DNA of 28,252 bases from Fonticula alba ATCC 38817 (taxonomy: Eukaryota > Protista > Nucleariida): the NCBI GenBank assembly GCA_000388065.2, contig KB932201.1; one strand, given 5' to 3'. A program made the translations under genes and the position numbers. The notes under the pieces are model-generated. The model was not told the origin of the DNA. It was given only the letters and a program-made list of their open reading frames with translations, and searched no databases. Below, one piece after another: positions 10,063-21,998 of the stretch; the first letter of the stretch is position 1, and each line of letters begins with the position of its first letter.

Positions 10063-11258
10063 CTTGCGGGAGGGAGCTTCTGCGAGCGGGATGTACGGAT
10101 GCGACGTCGGGGGCGTGTGAGGTTACGCGGTCGGAGGCGGCAGAGAGGGGGGGGAGAATGCGCAGACGGCTGGGCTGGTGCTTCTCTATCTATTCAGAGC
10201 AGAGAAAATGTTACGTGTAGCAGCCGAAGGGGCCAGCCCATCGGGCCCCGGCGCCGTGGTCTTTTATACCAGATCCAGGGATGGGAAAAAAAACAAGCTC
10301 CTGGGAGGCGCTCAGACATGCATGAAAATGCCTATCGCGAGGAAGCCCCTTTGCCTTGGTGCGTGCCTCACGGCGGCGCATGTTCAGTGTCCGTGGACTC
10401 GGCAAGTGGCGCCCATCAAAAGGGCCGATTCGAGGAAAAAAGGCCGGGGCGAGGCCGAAAAAAAGCCCCCCCCAAAGACTGTCGAATCCCCACACGACTT
10501 CCCTCGGGCGGCAGTTTTGTCTTCCTGGCATTCTAACGTCTGAGGCCTGCTGCTGCTGCTGCTCCGGCACCTGCCCGTGCCTCCCGAGGCATGAGAGCTC
10601 TCCGGCAGCGACTCCTGGGTCTTCCCGCGCCGAAAGTGGGCATAGCACATCGCATGCGAGGAAGGGCCCGGCCGCCTTCCTCCTGCCCACCTGCTTCCCG
10701 TGAGGGCTTAAGGTCGCCATTAACAAGGGGGCATGCCCGCGAGGGTCCCAGCTGGCAATTCGCATACATTGATTCATTCCCCCAGGTCAGGCGGGGCATC
10801 GATCGCGCCGGGGCGAATCGTTTGGAATGGGGGTCCGTGCGATTCTACCCACAATCTTTCGAAATGCGCCACGTGACACGCCGTGAGTTGGCAGCAGATC
10901 GAGTGTACGCAGGTGGGATGTTTGTAAGGTGTATTGAGCAGCCGAAGGGGGAGGGGGGGGGGGGCCAGTGACCCCCCGCAAGTTCCCTGCGGAGGCACAC
11001 GATACACGCTCCGTGGGGGACACGCGCCACATGCTCGCATGTAGGGGAGGGGGAGAGGGCAGGGGGCGAGAGGCGGGTCGACATGTTGCACCACGGGAGG
11101 AGGAGGAGGAGGGGAGGGAGGGGGGGGGGCAGGCAGCCCGTGTGTGCGTCTCTCTGTAGGTGTAGGGATAAACAGGTGCACTAAGCAGGCGCACATGCCA
11201 CACGCGTAGCATGATATATAATATATATAGCATGTACCACACCAGCGGGCCAGTCAGC

Positions 11259-13663
11259 TTACTCGTTGACCTTGAACAGGCGGGCCAGCTCGGTGAGGTC
11301 GTGCCACTCACGGCCCTCGAGAATGATGTTGCGGGCCTTGCCCACCTGGCCGAAGTTGTTCCACAGCAGCATGCCGACCACCTGGCGGCGCTTGTTCAGG
11401 TAGAAAACCACGCCCTTGCCGTAGGTCTCGTGCTCGGCGGGCGGCGGCGGCGGCGGGGTGGCAACCTGGGAGGCCTCGGCCGCGGCAACGGCCGCCGCAT
11501 CGTCGGCCACCGACGAGGCAGACAGCTTGCTCGGGTCGGCCACAGCCGAACGGATGTTGTCCCCGGCCGAGGTGGCCGCCTGCGGGGTGTCGCTGGGCCG
11601 GCCCTTGGCCCAGATGCCGACCGTGGTCAGGGCCGGGTCCAGAATGCCGATGGCCTCGTAGCCGATCTTCGGGCCGAGATCCGACCAGAACATCGACTGG
11701 TGGCTGTAGGGGCTCCGAGCACCGGTCATGTTCTCGCCGGCCACACGGCCGGTCAGGACCGCATGGTCGTAGTGCTCGATGCGCCGGCGCCCGAGGGCGA
11801 TGTCATGGAAGGAGGTCACATCACCGGCAGCAAAGACACCGGAGCGAGCCTCGAGCTCGGCGTTCACCAGGATACCACCGCGCTTCTCGTCCAGCTCCAG
11901 GCCAGCCTTCTCGGCCAGCTGGACATTCGGGGTGATGCCGACCGCCAGGATGACATGGTCAGCCACCAGCGACGNNNNNNNNNNNNNNNNNNNNNNNNNN
12001 NNNNNNNNNNNNNNNNNNNNNNNNNNNNNNNNNNNNNNNNNNNNNNNNNNNNNNCGGCTGCAGGTCGGCGACGAGGGACTTGGAACGGATGTCGATACCG
12101 ACTGCACATTTGCACAGGGGGCAAGAGGAGGGGGAAGGCGACCAGGGAAAGGTCAGTGCGACTGGGGGCGGGGAGGCAGGAAAGCGGGGTCGGGGAGGAA
12201 GGGGAAGGGGAAGATGACACGCACGCTGGCGCATCTTGCCAGTAGTCCAGTTAGTCAGGTAGCGGGGGAAGACCCGGCCCATGTTGCCCTCCTCCGGGAA
12301 GACCTGGGTCACCTTGATGGGAGCCTCGCCATTGGGGGTGCGCTGCTGCGCCAGGGCGCAGGCAACCTCCGAGCCAAGGAAGCTGCCGCCGATGACGACG
12401 ACATGCTTCTGGGCCACAGGGGCGGCCGGGGTGGGAGCGGAGGCGGCACTCTCGGCCTCGGCACCCTCGGCCGGGGTGGTGGCAGCAACGGCGGCCGCAG
12501 CGGTGGCCTTGGCATCGCCGACCAGCTTGGTGTACAGCTTGCGGTAGTCGGCCACCGTGCGCAGGGTGGTGACATGCTGCTTGGCATGCTCGGGCAGGGC
12601 CTTGGCAGCCGGGAGGGTGGCCGGAGTACCACCGGTGGCCAGGAGAACCTGGTCGAAGAAGACCTTGCGACCGTCGGCCAGGAGGACGAAGCGCTGCTTC
12701 AGGTCCAGGTCGACAGCGCGCACGCCGTTCAGCAGGACAATCGGCGTGTCACCCTTGGCCTTGAGGGAGGTGTAGTAGGTGGGCGGCTGGTAGTGGAGGC
12801 TAAGATGGGCCAGATGGGAGGGATGGGTGAGTGGAGCCTCGCATGACAGGCCAGTTGGCAGAGGGGTTTAGCCCGAGGGAGGGAGGGAGAGCGAGAGAGA
12901 GAGAGAGAGAGAGAGGGAGGGGCACGGGACGAGGGGGGAGGGGACAAAATGCAGTTGGCGTACGTCACATCGTTGCCGGCCCAGTCGCAGTAGTTCAGAG
13001 TGTCGACGACGTCCGGGTCCTGGCTGAACCAGAGCTCCTTGGTGATGGGGGGCCGAGCGTAGGGGACCTCGACATCCTCGCCAATCATGATGATGACGGC
13101 AGTCGGGTCGCGCTCCATGATGGCCGCCGCGGCAGAGTAGGAGGCGGTACCGGTACCAACAAGAACATACTTGGCCCGGAGGTTGCCACCGGGGAGGGTG
13201 ACCGCGTCGGCGTACGGGTTGGCCGGCGGGGCAGGCGGAGGCGGAGGGGTGGTGACTGAGAGGGGGTCAGTGTGAGGGAAGGGCAAGAGCAGGGCAGCGG
13301 GGGGGGAAGAAGGAAGGGGGCCAGGAATCGGGCCAAGAATGTGATGAGGGTCAGAGCGCACCCTCGGGCTTGTCCTCCAGGGCCGCGGTGGCAGCAGCCT
13401 CGGCGTCAGACACCGGCAGGACCGGCTGGACCGGGGCGGCGTCATTGTGCAGGGCAAACTGGCGGAAGAGGGCACGAGGGCCGGGGCCGGTGCTGGCGGT
13501 GGTCTCCTTGATGGAGGTAGCCTTCATGGCCAGGACGGACGCCTGGAAAGAGCGCGGGCGAATGGGCAAGGTGAGAAGGGATCCGCGAAGGATGGCCACA
13601 TGCGATCAGACGCTGACGTACGGAAGCCGCGACGGCGGCGACGGCGGTGAAGCGGGAGAACAT
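11259..13663 (-). CDS. AIFM1: Apoptosis-inducing factor 1, mitochondrial FAD/NADH oxidoreductase; 5 exons, last exon contains an 80-N gap
   Basis: Model complement(join(11259..12101,12225..12799,12964..13255,13362..13542,13622..13663)). Motifs: YVLVGTGTAS, PYARPPITKELW, LLATGGTP, IGGSFLGSE, AAGDV, RRRIEHYDHAVLTGRVAGENMTG, SMFWSDLGP, YGKGVVFYL..VVGMLLWN. The N-terminus MFSRFTAVAAVAAS resembles a mitochondrial presequence. Confidence 0.93.
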
Positions 13664-15224
13664 GGCCTCTTGCTGGTGCGAGGGGGCGGGGGAGAGAGGG
13701 AGAGAGAGGGAGAGAGAAAGAGAGAGAAAGAGAGAGGAAGAGGGGACACGGGGCGAGAGGGGAGAGGAAGAGGAGGGAACGTGAGCCCGGAGCTGGGCTC
13801 AACAGAGGATGTTTTAGGCCAACATGACGGCCTGCCTGGCGACGCAGGGACAACACCGCTCGGAGGCTGGCAGGCGCCACGGCGATGGCCCCCATTGGCC
13901 GTGCCCGGGCCCGTGTGTATTGCGGCTGAGGAGATGGTGGGCGGGGCAGGGGCGGGCGGNNNNNNNNNNNNNNNNNNNNNNNNNNGGGGGCGGGGGCAGA
14001 CGAGGCCCCCTCTGAGTGATCTAGAAATCCGCCAGGCCGAACCGGGTCAGGCACGCCCGTGGTGAGGACGGACCAGGCGGGGGGGGGGGATCAGCGTTGC
14101 ATGCTGGCTTGGGAGTCCTGGGCTGGCGGCAACGAAGTGGGCCATGTGATCTTTCAATTGTGTTTTCAGCCGGTGGTGTGATGTCGGGCCTTCCCTGCCG
14201 GAGCTAAAGCAAGATGCCAATCCTTGCTCGCCCGCTGTCATGTGCCAGTTCTAGGATAAACCCCATGCGGTTCGCTTTTTGGAGATGGCCCGCCGGCACT
14301 CGGCAAAAACTTTGGTGCCACATGTGTCAGTGCGATTCCTGCTTCCTCCAACTCCCCCGCCCTTCGGGACAAGGAGACAGCGAGCCCCCCTCTCCCCAGC
14401 ACTCAAGCAGGTTTGGGTGGCAGGCTCCCCGAGTAACGAGCCGGTTGACGAAGCTGCTGCCCGGGGTGAGTGGCGCGGCGAATACTTGTCATCCTACACT
14501 GTTTGGTCCGCCCCCCCCCCCCTCTCGAAAGTTGGATACCGCAGTTTCCAGGATGCTGGGCAATTATCGCCCCTGTGGAGTCAGCGTGACTCCCCGGCCC
14601 TGGGCCTTCCTAACGCCACAAGACTGGGACAGTTTATGCCCGGGGGGGGGGGGACGCGCAAGTTCGTGGGTGCGCAATCATCCCGGGGCCTTTCTGATCG
14701 CTATCTACACCGGGCTTGGTGGAGCTAGCATGGCTGGAAGACACACGGATGCCGCGTCGCGCCCGGGCATGGTCCCCGCATCCGTCAGACGGTTGTCACC
14801 TGGCCCCTTTTTTCCAGTGGCTGTGGTCGGATACAGGACCAGAGCGGATCGGAGAGTGCGGCGCTTCTGCCCCCCCCCCCCCCCCGCTCGCTCTACCCAC
14901 AAATACCTGGGTGTGCACTAATTTTCCGATCCACATCTCGTCGGTCGCCTCCCCCCCGGCTGGCGCCGCTGCCGCCGCCGCCGCCGCCGTCGCCGCGGCC
15001 ACCGCCGTGCCGCTACCGTGGAGAACGCGGATGTCTCTTGCGCCACCTACCCGCCAAACACCATGTCCATGGCTCTCTCCCATTCCCTCCCTTTAGTGCT
15101 TCCTCTTTTCCCCTGGTCCCCTGTCTCCCTCAAGAACGAGCCAGCAGGTGGTTGTCACTTTCCTTTCTCCCTCCCGTCCCCCCCCCCCGTTTTCCTACCC
15201 CTCATTTTTTCACCCTAAGTCACC

Positions 15225-18200
15225 ATGCCGCCCCGCCGTGCCGCGGGACCCCCCCGCTCTGTCGCCGCCATGAAGGTACACACAGCCATGCTTGGACGAT
15301 GGCCAGCTCGATCTCGTTTGATGAATGGAAGGCTAACCCCTCGCGCTGTCCTGACAATCTTGACGATGCATCACATAGGCGGCCATTGCCGCCCAGAAGG
15401 CCGAGGAGGAGAAGTTCCTCGAGGAGCAGCGCCTGGAGGAGGCCCGCCTCAAGGCCGAGGAGGAGGCCGAGAAGGCCGCCCAGGAGCTTGCCGAGGAGCA
15501 GCGCCGCCTGCGCCGCGAGCGTGAGAAGGTCCGCTAGCACCAACCACCGACCCTTTGACGGTCGCCATGGCACCCACCTGCTGCCATGCTTTTCCTTTCT
15601 GCTGGAGATCGGCCCCATGTCTCTCCTGCTGTGTACTGACACTCCTCCCTCAGGCCAAGATCGAGGAGCAGAAGAAGGCCGGTACCTACATGACCGAGGC
15701 TCAGAAGAAGGAGCGCGCTCGCGCCATCGCCCGTCTCCAGGCCATGGAGGCTCAGGGTGCGTGTCTTCGGCCTATCGGCCTCTTTTGCCTTTCTCTTCGC
15801 CCTCCCTTCCCCCCCTCCCCTTCCATCAGGCTCCCACCAACAATCGCTCCCCCCCCCCCTGTCGCTGTGAAAAACACATCACCCCAGGCATTGCCCTGCC
15901 CCCGGACGCCCTTGCCCGTCTGCTGGACCCGGAGGCCGCCCAGACGGCCGATTCCCCCAAGTCGCGCCCCCGCACCACCCGCAAGCGTCCGACTACCACC
16001 CGTAAGCCTGGCTCCAAGGCCGACGCCGCGTCGACCGCTGCTGACACCACCGAGGAGACCCCCACCCCGGCTGACTCCTCGGCCGCCGCCGTTCGGGAGT
16101 CCACGCCTGAGCCCGAGCCCGAGCCCGAGGTCGACCCGGCAACTGCCAACCTGCAGAAGCTGGCTCTGGTCGATGACTGGGAAGATCTCCTGTCCGATGA
16201 GGAGCCTGCTGCCCCGGCCCCGAAGGCTGCCGCCGCCGCTCCGGTGACCACCGCTGCTCCTGCTGCTGTTGCTGCTGCTGCTACCCCTGCTCCTGCTGCC
16301 GCTCCGGTGGCCATCGCCACCCCGGCTGCCGCCCCTGCCTCGCCAAAGGCCGAGGCTGCTGAGGTACAATCCTCCCCTCCGTGTCCCTGCTCTGCCGTCT
16401 CCTTTGCCTCCCGCCTTGCCCCGGGACCGACGTCGCCCTCTTGGATTAACACCACCGCTGCCATCGCCGCCACCATCGCCGCCATCACCCTCCACACAGA
16501 GCAACGAGCTTCGCTCTCCCATTTTCGTGGTGCTCGGCCATGTGGACGCTGGCAAGACCAAGACCCTGGACAAGATTCGCCAGTCGAATGTGGCCGCCGG
16601 TGAGCATGGTCGCATTACCCAGCAGATTGGTGCCACCTACATCCCGCGCGATGCCCTGGAGCAGAAGATTGCGGCCGTCGCTCGTGGCAGTGACTTCAAG
16701 CTGCGCCTGCCGGGTCTGCTGATGATTGACACTCCGGGTCACGAGTCTTTCTCGAACTTGCGCTCTCGCGGGTCGGACCTGTGTAACATTGCCATTCTGG
16801 TGGTCAACATGACGTCCGGCTTCGAGCCGCAGACCTTCGAGTCGATTCGCATGCTGAAGGAGCGCCGGATCCCCTTCGTGGTGGCCATGAACAAGATCGA
16901 TCGCCTGTACGACTGGAAGACCACGCCGGATGCCGGCTTCGCGGCCACCTTCGCCAAGCAGACGAAGAACGTTCGCCAGGAGTTCGACGGGCACCTGAAG
17001 CGCGTGATCCTGCAGCTGAGCGAGGAGGGCTTCAATGCCTCGCTCTTCAACGAGAACCCCGACGAGCGGAAGTACATTTCCGTGGTCCCGATTTCCGCCA
17101 TGACCGGCGAGGGTATTCCGGATCTGCTGCTGCTGCTGTCGCGCCTGTCGCAGCAGATGATGGCCGAGAAGCTCACTTTCCAGGAGAACATTGAGGCCAC
17201 CATTCTCGAGGTCAAGATGCTGGAGGGCCAGGGCACCACCATTGATGTGATCCTTTCGAATGGCACCCTGCGCGAGGGGGATCGCATTGTGGTTTGCGGT
17301 CTGAATGGGCCGATTGTCACCAGCATTCGGTCGCTCCTGACGCCGGAGCCGCTGAAGGAGATGCGTGTCAAGACCCCCTTCATCCATCACTCGGAGGTGA
17401 AGGGTGCCATGGGTGTCAAGATCGCCGCGCAGGATCTCGAAGGCGCGGTGGCCGGTGGCCGTGTGCTGGTCATCAATGAGCGCATGTCGGAGGAGCAGGC
17501 CAAGCGCGAGGTGATGGCCGATGTGTCGCACCTGCTGGAGCTGATCAGCTCCACTGGGCGTGGTGTCCATGTCCAGGCTTCCACCCTCGGGTCGCTGGAG
17601 GCCCTGCTGGAGTTCCTCCGTCAGATGAAGATCCCCGTCGGCTCGGTGGCCATCGGGACCATCTTCAAGAAGGATGTCATCCGGGCATCCATCATGCTGG
17701 AGCACCAGAAGGAGTATGCCACCATGCTCTGCTTCGATGTGAAGATCGACCGCGAAGCCGAGGCCCTGACCAAGGAGCTCGGTGTGCGGGTCTTCTCGGC
17801 CAATGTCATCTACCACCTGTTTGATGCCTTTACCGCGTACATGAAGGAGCTGGAGAGCGGCCGCCGGACGGATCTCTCCTCGCTGGCCATCTTCCCGTGT
17901 GTCCTGTCCGTGGTCCCGACGTCCATCTTCAACAAGCGCGATCCGATTGTCATCGGTGTCACCATCAAGGAGGGCAGCCTGCGCGTGGGGACTCTGCTGT
18001 GTGTCCCGAGCCGTGACTGTGTGGAGATCGGCCGCGTGACCGCCATCGAGGTCAACCACAAGGCGGTGCCTGTTGCCAAGAAGGGCACCAGCGTGGCCAT
18101 CAAGATCGAGTCCGACGACCCGAAGACCTTCGGCCGGCACTTCGACGCCAATGATGAGATCGTCAGTCGCCTGTCTCGCGAGTCGATCAACGTCCTGAAG

Positions 18201-18278
18201 GACAACTTCCGCAGCGAGGTGTCCAAGGAGGAGTGGAACCTGGTGCGCAAGCTGAAGACCGTGCTGAACTTCATCTAA
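15225..18278 (+). CDS. EIF5B: Eukaryotic translation initiation factor 5B (IF2 homolog); 5 exons
   Basis: Model join(15225..15275,15379..15528,15654..15756,15888..16363,16500..18278); phases match. Charged N-terminal helix (TEAQKKERARA), LRSPIFVVLGHVDAGKTKTLDKIR, QQIGATY, IDTPGHESFSNLRSRGS, NKID, QASTLGSLEALLEFL, VIYHLFD, FNKRDPIVIGV. Additional 5' exons cannot be excluded. Confidence 0.96.
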
Positions 18279-18460
18279 AGATATGCATGGTGGCCCAGTG
18301 GCCGCATTTTTTAGGCATGCTTCGCTTCCCCTCCCGTGTGGGCACGCCGAGAGGCAGCTCGATATATCCGGCGAGGGGCGGTGGCGTTTGCCCCAAGGCC
18401 CCATCGGGCATGCCCTGTGTTCTATGCTTGTTGTCATATCAATATACTAGAGTTCCTTCT

Positions 18461-18494
18461 TGTGTGTGTGTGTGCATGTGTGCGTGTGTGTGCA

Positions 18495-18534
<40 letters not shown>
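18461..18534 (+). repeat. (GT)n microsatellite downstream of eIF5B
   Basis: Directly visible imperfect then perfect (TG)n. Confidence 0.95.
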
Positions 18535-18536
<2 letters not shown>

Positions 18537-19021
18537 AGATGCTTCGTTGTGGCTCTCCTGCCTGGGAGAAGAGGGTCAGGGGGTCATGGATGGGACGAGG
18601 GGGGGCGGCGGGGGTCCCTCCAGTAGAGGCCGTCTGCTGGCGGCTGTTCCTGGGTGACGCGCTGGTGTGCGGCGGCCGGCCGGCGGGGCCCGGTTTCCCG
18701 GTGCCCGTGCCGAGATGCCTGCCCGGTGGGGGATATAGATGCCAACGAATGGACTGGGCGCACCCCGGGGCCCGAGCACAGAAGGGCCAGGGGGGAGATC
18801 TTGGCCAACCCCCCCGCCGGGTGGGGGGCACTCAACCCGCCATTTGCCCTCCCCTCACCTTCTCCCACCTTTCCACCGCGTGTGCCCGAGCGTGTCTGTG
18901 TCTGTGTGTGTGTGTGTCTGTGTGCTTGCGTGCTTTCCTCAACTTGCCACGATGTCTGCTGGCGATTCCATTTCGTGCGTGCCATCTCCCTTGCGCATCT
19001 CCGGCCTCGCTTGTCACTCAC

Positions 19022-21558
19022 ATGGACGTACCGGGGGGTTTGAATGCGGGACCCCCTGGCAGCTTCACGGCCCAGGCGCCGGGCAAGGTCCTTCTTACTG
19101 GTGGCTACCTGGTCACCGAGCGTGAGTACGACGGCTTTGTGATTGTCTCGGATGCCAGCTTCCACACTGTGCGTGCTTGTCCCTCCTCGGGGCCTTTCTC
19201 CCCTCCTGGGACCTTTCTCCCTTTGCCTCTCCTCCCTCCCTCGCTGCATCTCCTCGCGCGCATAACTCACCCTTGTCAACTGGCCCTGCGTGGAAACACA
19301 TGCCCCGTGGCTCGGCTGCTCCTCTGTGCACATAGACCTGCGCCATCAACACTGCCGGCCCGGCTTGGACGATCCTGGCGAAGTCCCCGCAATTCAACTG
19401 GCAGTGTGTCTACCAGATCTCCGAGCGTCCGAATGGGACCCTCTGCTTGGTTCGCCCCTCGTCGGATCAGAGCCCCAATCGTTATGTGGAGATCTCCATT
19501 GTCAACGCGCTGGCCTTCGCCCTGGGTGGTGACATGGACAAGACCCGCGATCGCCTGGCCATGGGCCAGCTGGTGCTGACAATTCGCGGTGACAACGACT
19601 TTTACTCTCAGCGCTATCGCGTGCGTCCATTCATGAACTCGGGTCTGCTTTTGCCAATAATCACCATGTGCCATCTGACGCAATGCTCTTTGCCGGGACT
19701 GAAGCTTGCGCAGCAGGGACAGCCGACCACCCTGGAGGCATTGAAGACCGTGGAGCCCTTCGCGCCGCTGCTCAATCTGCAGACTGAGGGCCTGCGAAAG
19801 ACCGGCCTCGGCTCGAGTGCTGCTCTGACCACCAGTGTCACGGCGGCCATCCTCTCCTGTCTCGGGGCAGTGGCTGTGCCTGGGTCCCCTGGTGAGGCGT
19901 ACTCTGACGAGTGCGTACATTGGGCTCCCTCGAGCGAGAGGACGAAAAAGAGGGGGGAGGGGAGGGGGGGNNNNNNNNNNNNNNNNNNNNNNNNNNNNNN
20001 NNNNNNNNNNNNNNNNNNNNNNNNNNNNNNNNNNNNGGGGGGGGGGGGCGGGAACAGTCATTAGCTCTTCTCTTCGTTTCCGCCAGCGGCCGGTGATGAT
20101 GGCTCCGATGCTGTTGCTGGGGATCTGGAGCGGGGGGAGATCTCGCATCTGCGTCACTGACCTCCCGTGTATGTAGGTCTCGCCGCGTCACGCACAATGT
20201 TTCGCAGTTCAGCCACTGCCTGGCGCAGGGGCGCGTGGGCAGCGGCTTCGATGTGTCCTCGGCTGTCCATGGGTCGCATCAGTACCGGCGGTTCTCGCCG
20301 GCGGCTTTGACCACTCTGCTGGCCGAGTCGGCCGAGGACGATGAGGGCTTCGTCTCGCCTCCGGTCGCCACTGTCTTCCGGCTTTTGGATGACCAGTGCG
20401 TTTGCCTTCATCTTCCACTCTACACTCTCCTCTAAACTAATGAGCCTAACATGTGGCCTCCCCCCTCCCCCTCCCTTCTCTGTGCCAGCGCCGCCTGGGA
20501 TTCGGAGGCCTCGCCGGTTACCCTGCCTCCTGGCATTTCCATGGTCTTGGCCGACATCGACGCCGGTACCAACACCCCCTCCATGATTGGACAGGTGAAC
20601 AGCTGGCGCAAGGCCGTCCCGACTGAATGTGCGTGAGCCGTACACAAAATGCCAATGTGCCTGCCTGTCAAATGGGTGGGAGGGAGAAGTGGCGGGGGGG
20701 GGGGGGGGGATGACGATGGAGTGAGGAGCGTGATCGGATTACATCCCCCTTTTTTCTCGGATGCCGATGTAAACATGTTTATATGGATATATATATATGT
20801 ATCTGACCCATCAGGTACACCCGATCGTGTAGCTCTCCAGCTGTGGACGGATCTGGCCGCAGCCAATGCCAAAGTGGTGGCCGTGCTTGACTCTCTGAAT
20901 GAGCGCCATGCCACCGACCCGGTCGAGTACACTGCGGCTCTGGATGTTTGCTCGACGCTCCGGTCGCATGAGGTGCGTGCGCAAGTCTGAAAACTGATCT
21001 TGCCACATATATATATATATATACGTGCTGCATGCATGCGTGTGCCTACCTTGGCCGAAGGCAAGAGATATCAGTGCCAAGCAGTAACTCTGACAAATAT
21101 GCACATGGATTCATGCTCATTCACAGTGGGCCCAAGCTCTGCCCAACAGTCCGACCGCCGCGGCACTGGTGGCCCTGGCTGAGGCCGGCTCCGCCGTGCG
21201 GGCCTTCCTCCGGCGCATGGGTGACGAATCCGGGGCGCCGATTGAGCCGCGTGCGCAGACCCTCCTGATTGATCACACTCTGGCCCAGGCGCCGGGGGCC
21301 ATCTTTGGCTGCGTCCCCGGGGCCGGTGGCTTTGATGCCGTGGCCTGCCTTTGCATTGGCCAAGTGGGGCGTCAGAATATTGTCAACTTGTGGGAGAGTC
21401 TGGCCGCTGCTGGAGATACCGTGACTTCGATCCTTTGCCCCTCGCCGGAGGCCGAGACCGCTGAGGTCCTCGCCCAGGTGCGCGACATCGTTGGGGGTCT
21501 GTGTCCGCTGGTGTCAGATGCTGGCCAGGTCGGCCTGAGCCTGTCGACCGTGGCTTAG
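19022..21558 (+). CDS. ERG8: Phosphomevalonate kinase, ERG8-type (GHMP kinase); 7 exons
   Basis: Model join(19022..19168,19336..19620,19705..19910,20177..20395,20489..20628,20815..20972,21127..21558); the exon 3 and exon 6 acceptors could shift slightly. Motifs: APGKVLLTGGYLV, SPQF, GDNDFYSQ, KTGLGSSAA, HCLAQGRVGSGFDV, LPPG..DIDAGTNTPSM, MGDESGAPIEP, VPGAGGFDA. Confidence 0.93.
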
Positions 21559-21906
21559 GTATGTGCGTGTGCGTGTGCACTCGCGCGTCTGCTGAGAGCA
21601 CGCGCCCATATGCACATGTAGGCGCGCATAGTTTCCATGCAAATACCCTGGACCTATGCGCTTTTGAAGGCTGCATCCCACCCGAATGCAAAACGATCTT
21701 TGTGGTGTGAAATAAGCAAACATCGCAGTCACTGAACAGGGAAGCGTGTGTGGGGCGGGGGGGGTGATGATGGGAGAAGAGATCTCTGTGATTCTTGTGC
21801 GCCGCAGGCCGGAGCCGTCTATGTGTTTGTGTATTGGAGATGCACATGGTGGGCACTCGCATGCACATGTGCACAGCACATGAACACGCCCGCACAATAG
21901 ATGAGA

Positions 21907-21908
21907 AT

Positions 21909-21944
<36 letters not shown>

Positions 21945-21950
21945 GGGGGA
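21907..21950 (+). repeat. (GA)n followed by poly-G between the convergent ERG8 and ASCC2 3' ends
   Basis: Directly visible. Confidence 0.85.
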
Positions 21951-21998
21951 GAGGGGAGGGGAGAGGAGGTGGTATTTGTGGCTCAGGTCTAGAGATGC

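Noticed and set aside
10100-11250. ORFs of 80-190 aa between the Cys-rich gene and AIFM1
   Set aside because: No motifs or coding-like composition; includes the AT-rich AIFM1 3' region.
11975-12054. Frame change within the last AIFM1 exon
   Set aside because: It falls across an 80-N gap of estimated size, so it is not evidence of a frameshift.
15276-15378. TGATGA and CTGA in eIF5B intron 1, resembling C/D snoRNA boxes
   Set aside because: The boxes are only about 30 nt apart with no terminal stem; CTGAC is better explained as the branch site.
16485-18437. 650-aa antisense ORF, and similar long antisense ORFs over AIFM1, RNF220, TBC and ASCC2
   Set aside because: Shadow ORFs expected opposite GC3-rich coding sequence; no recognisable motifs.
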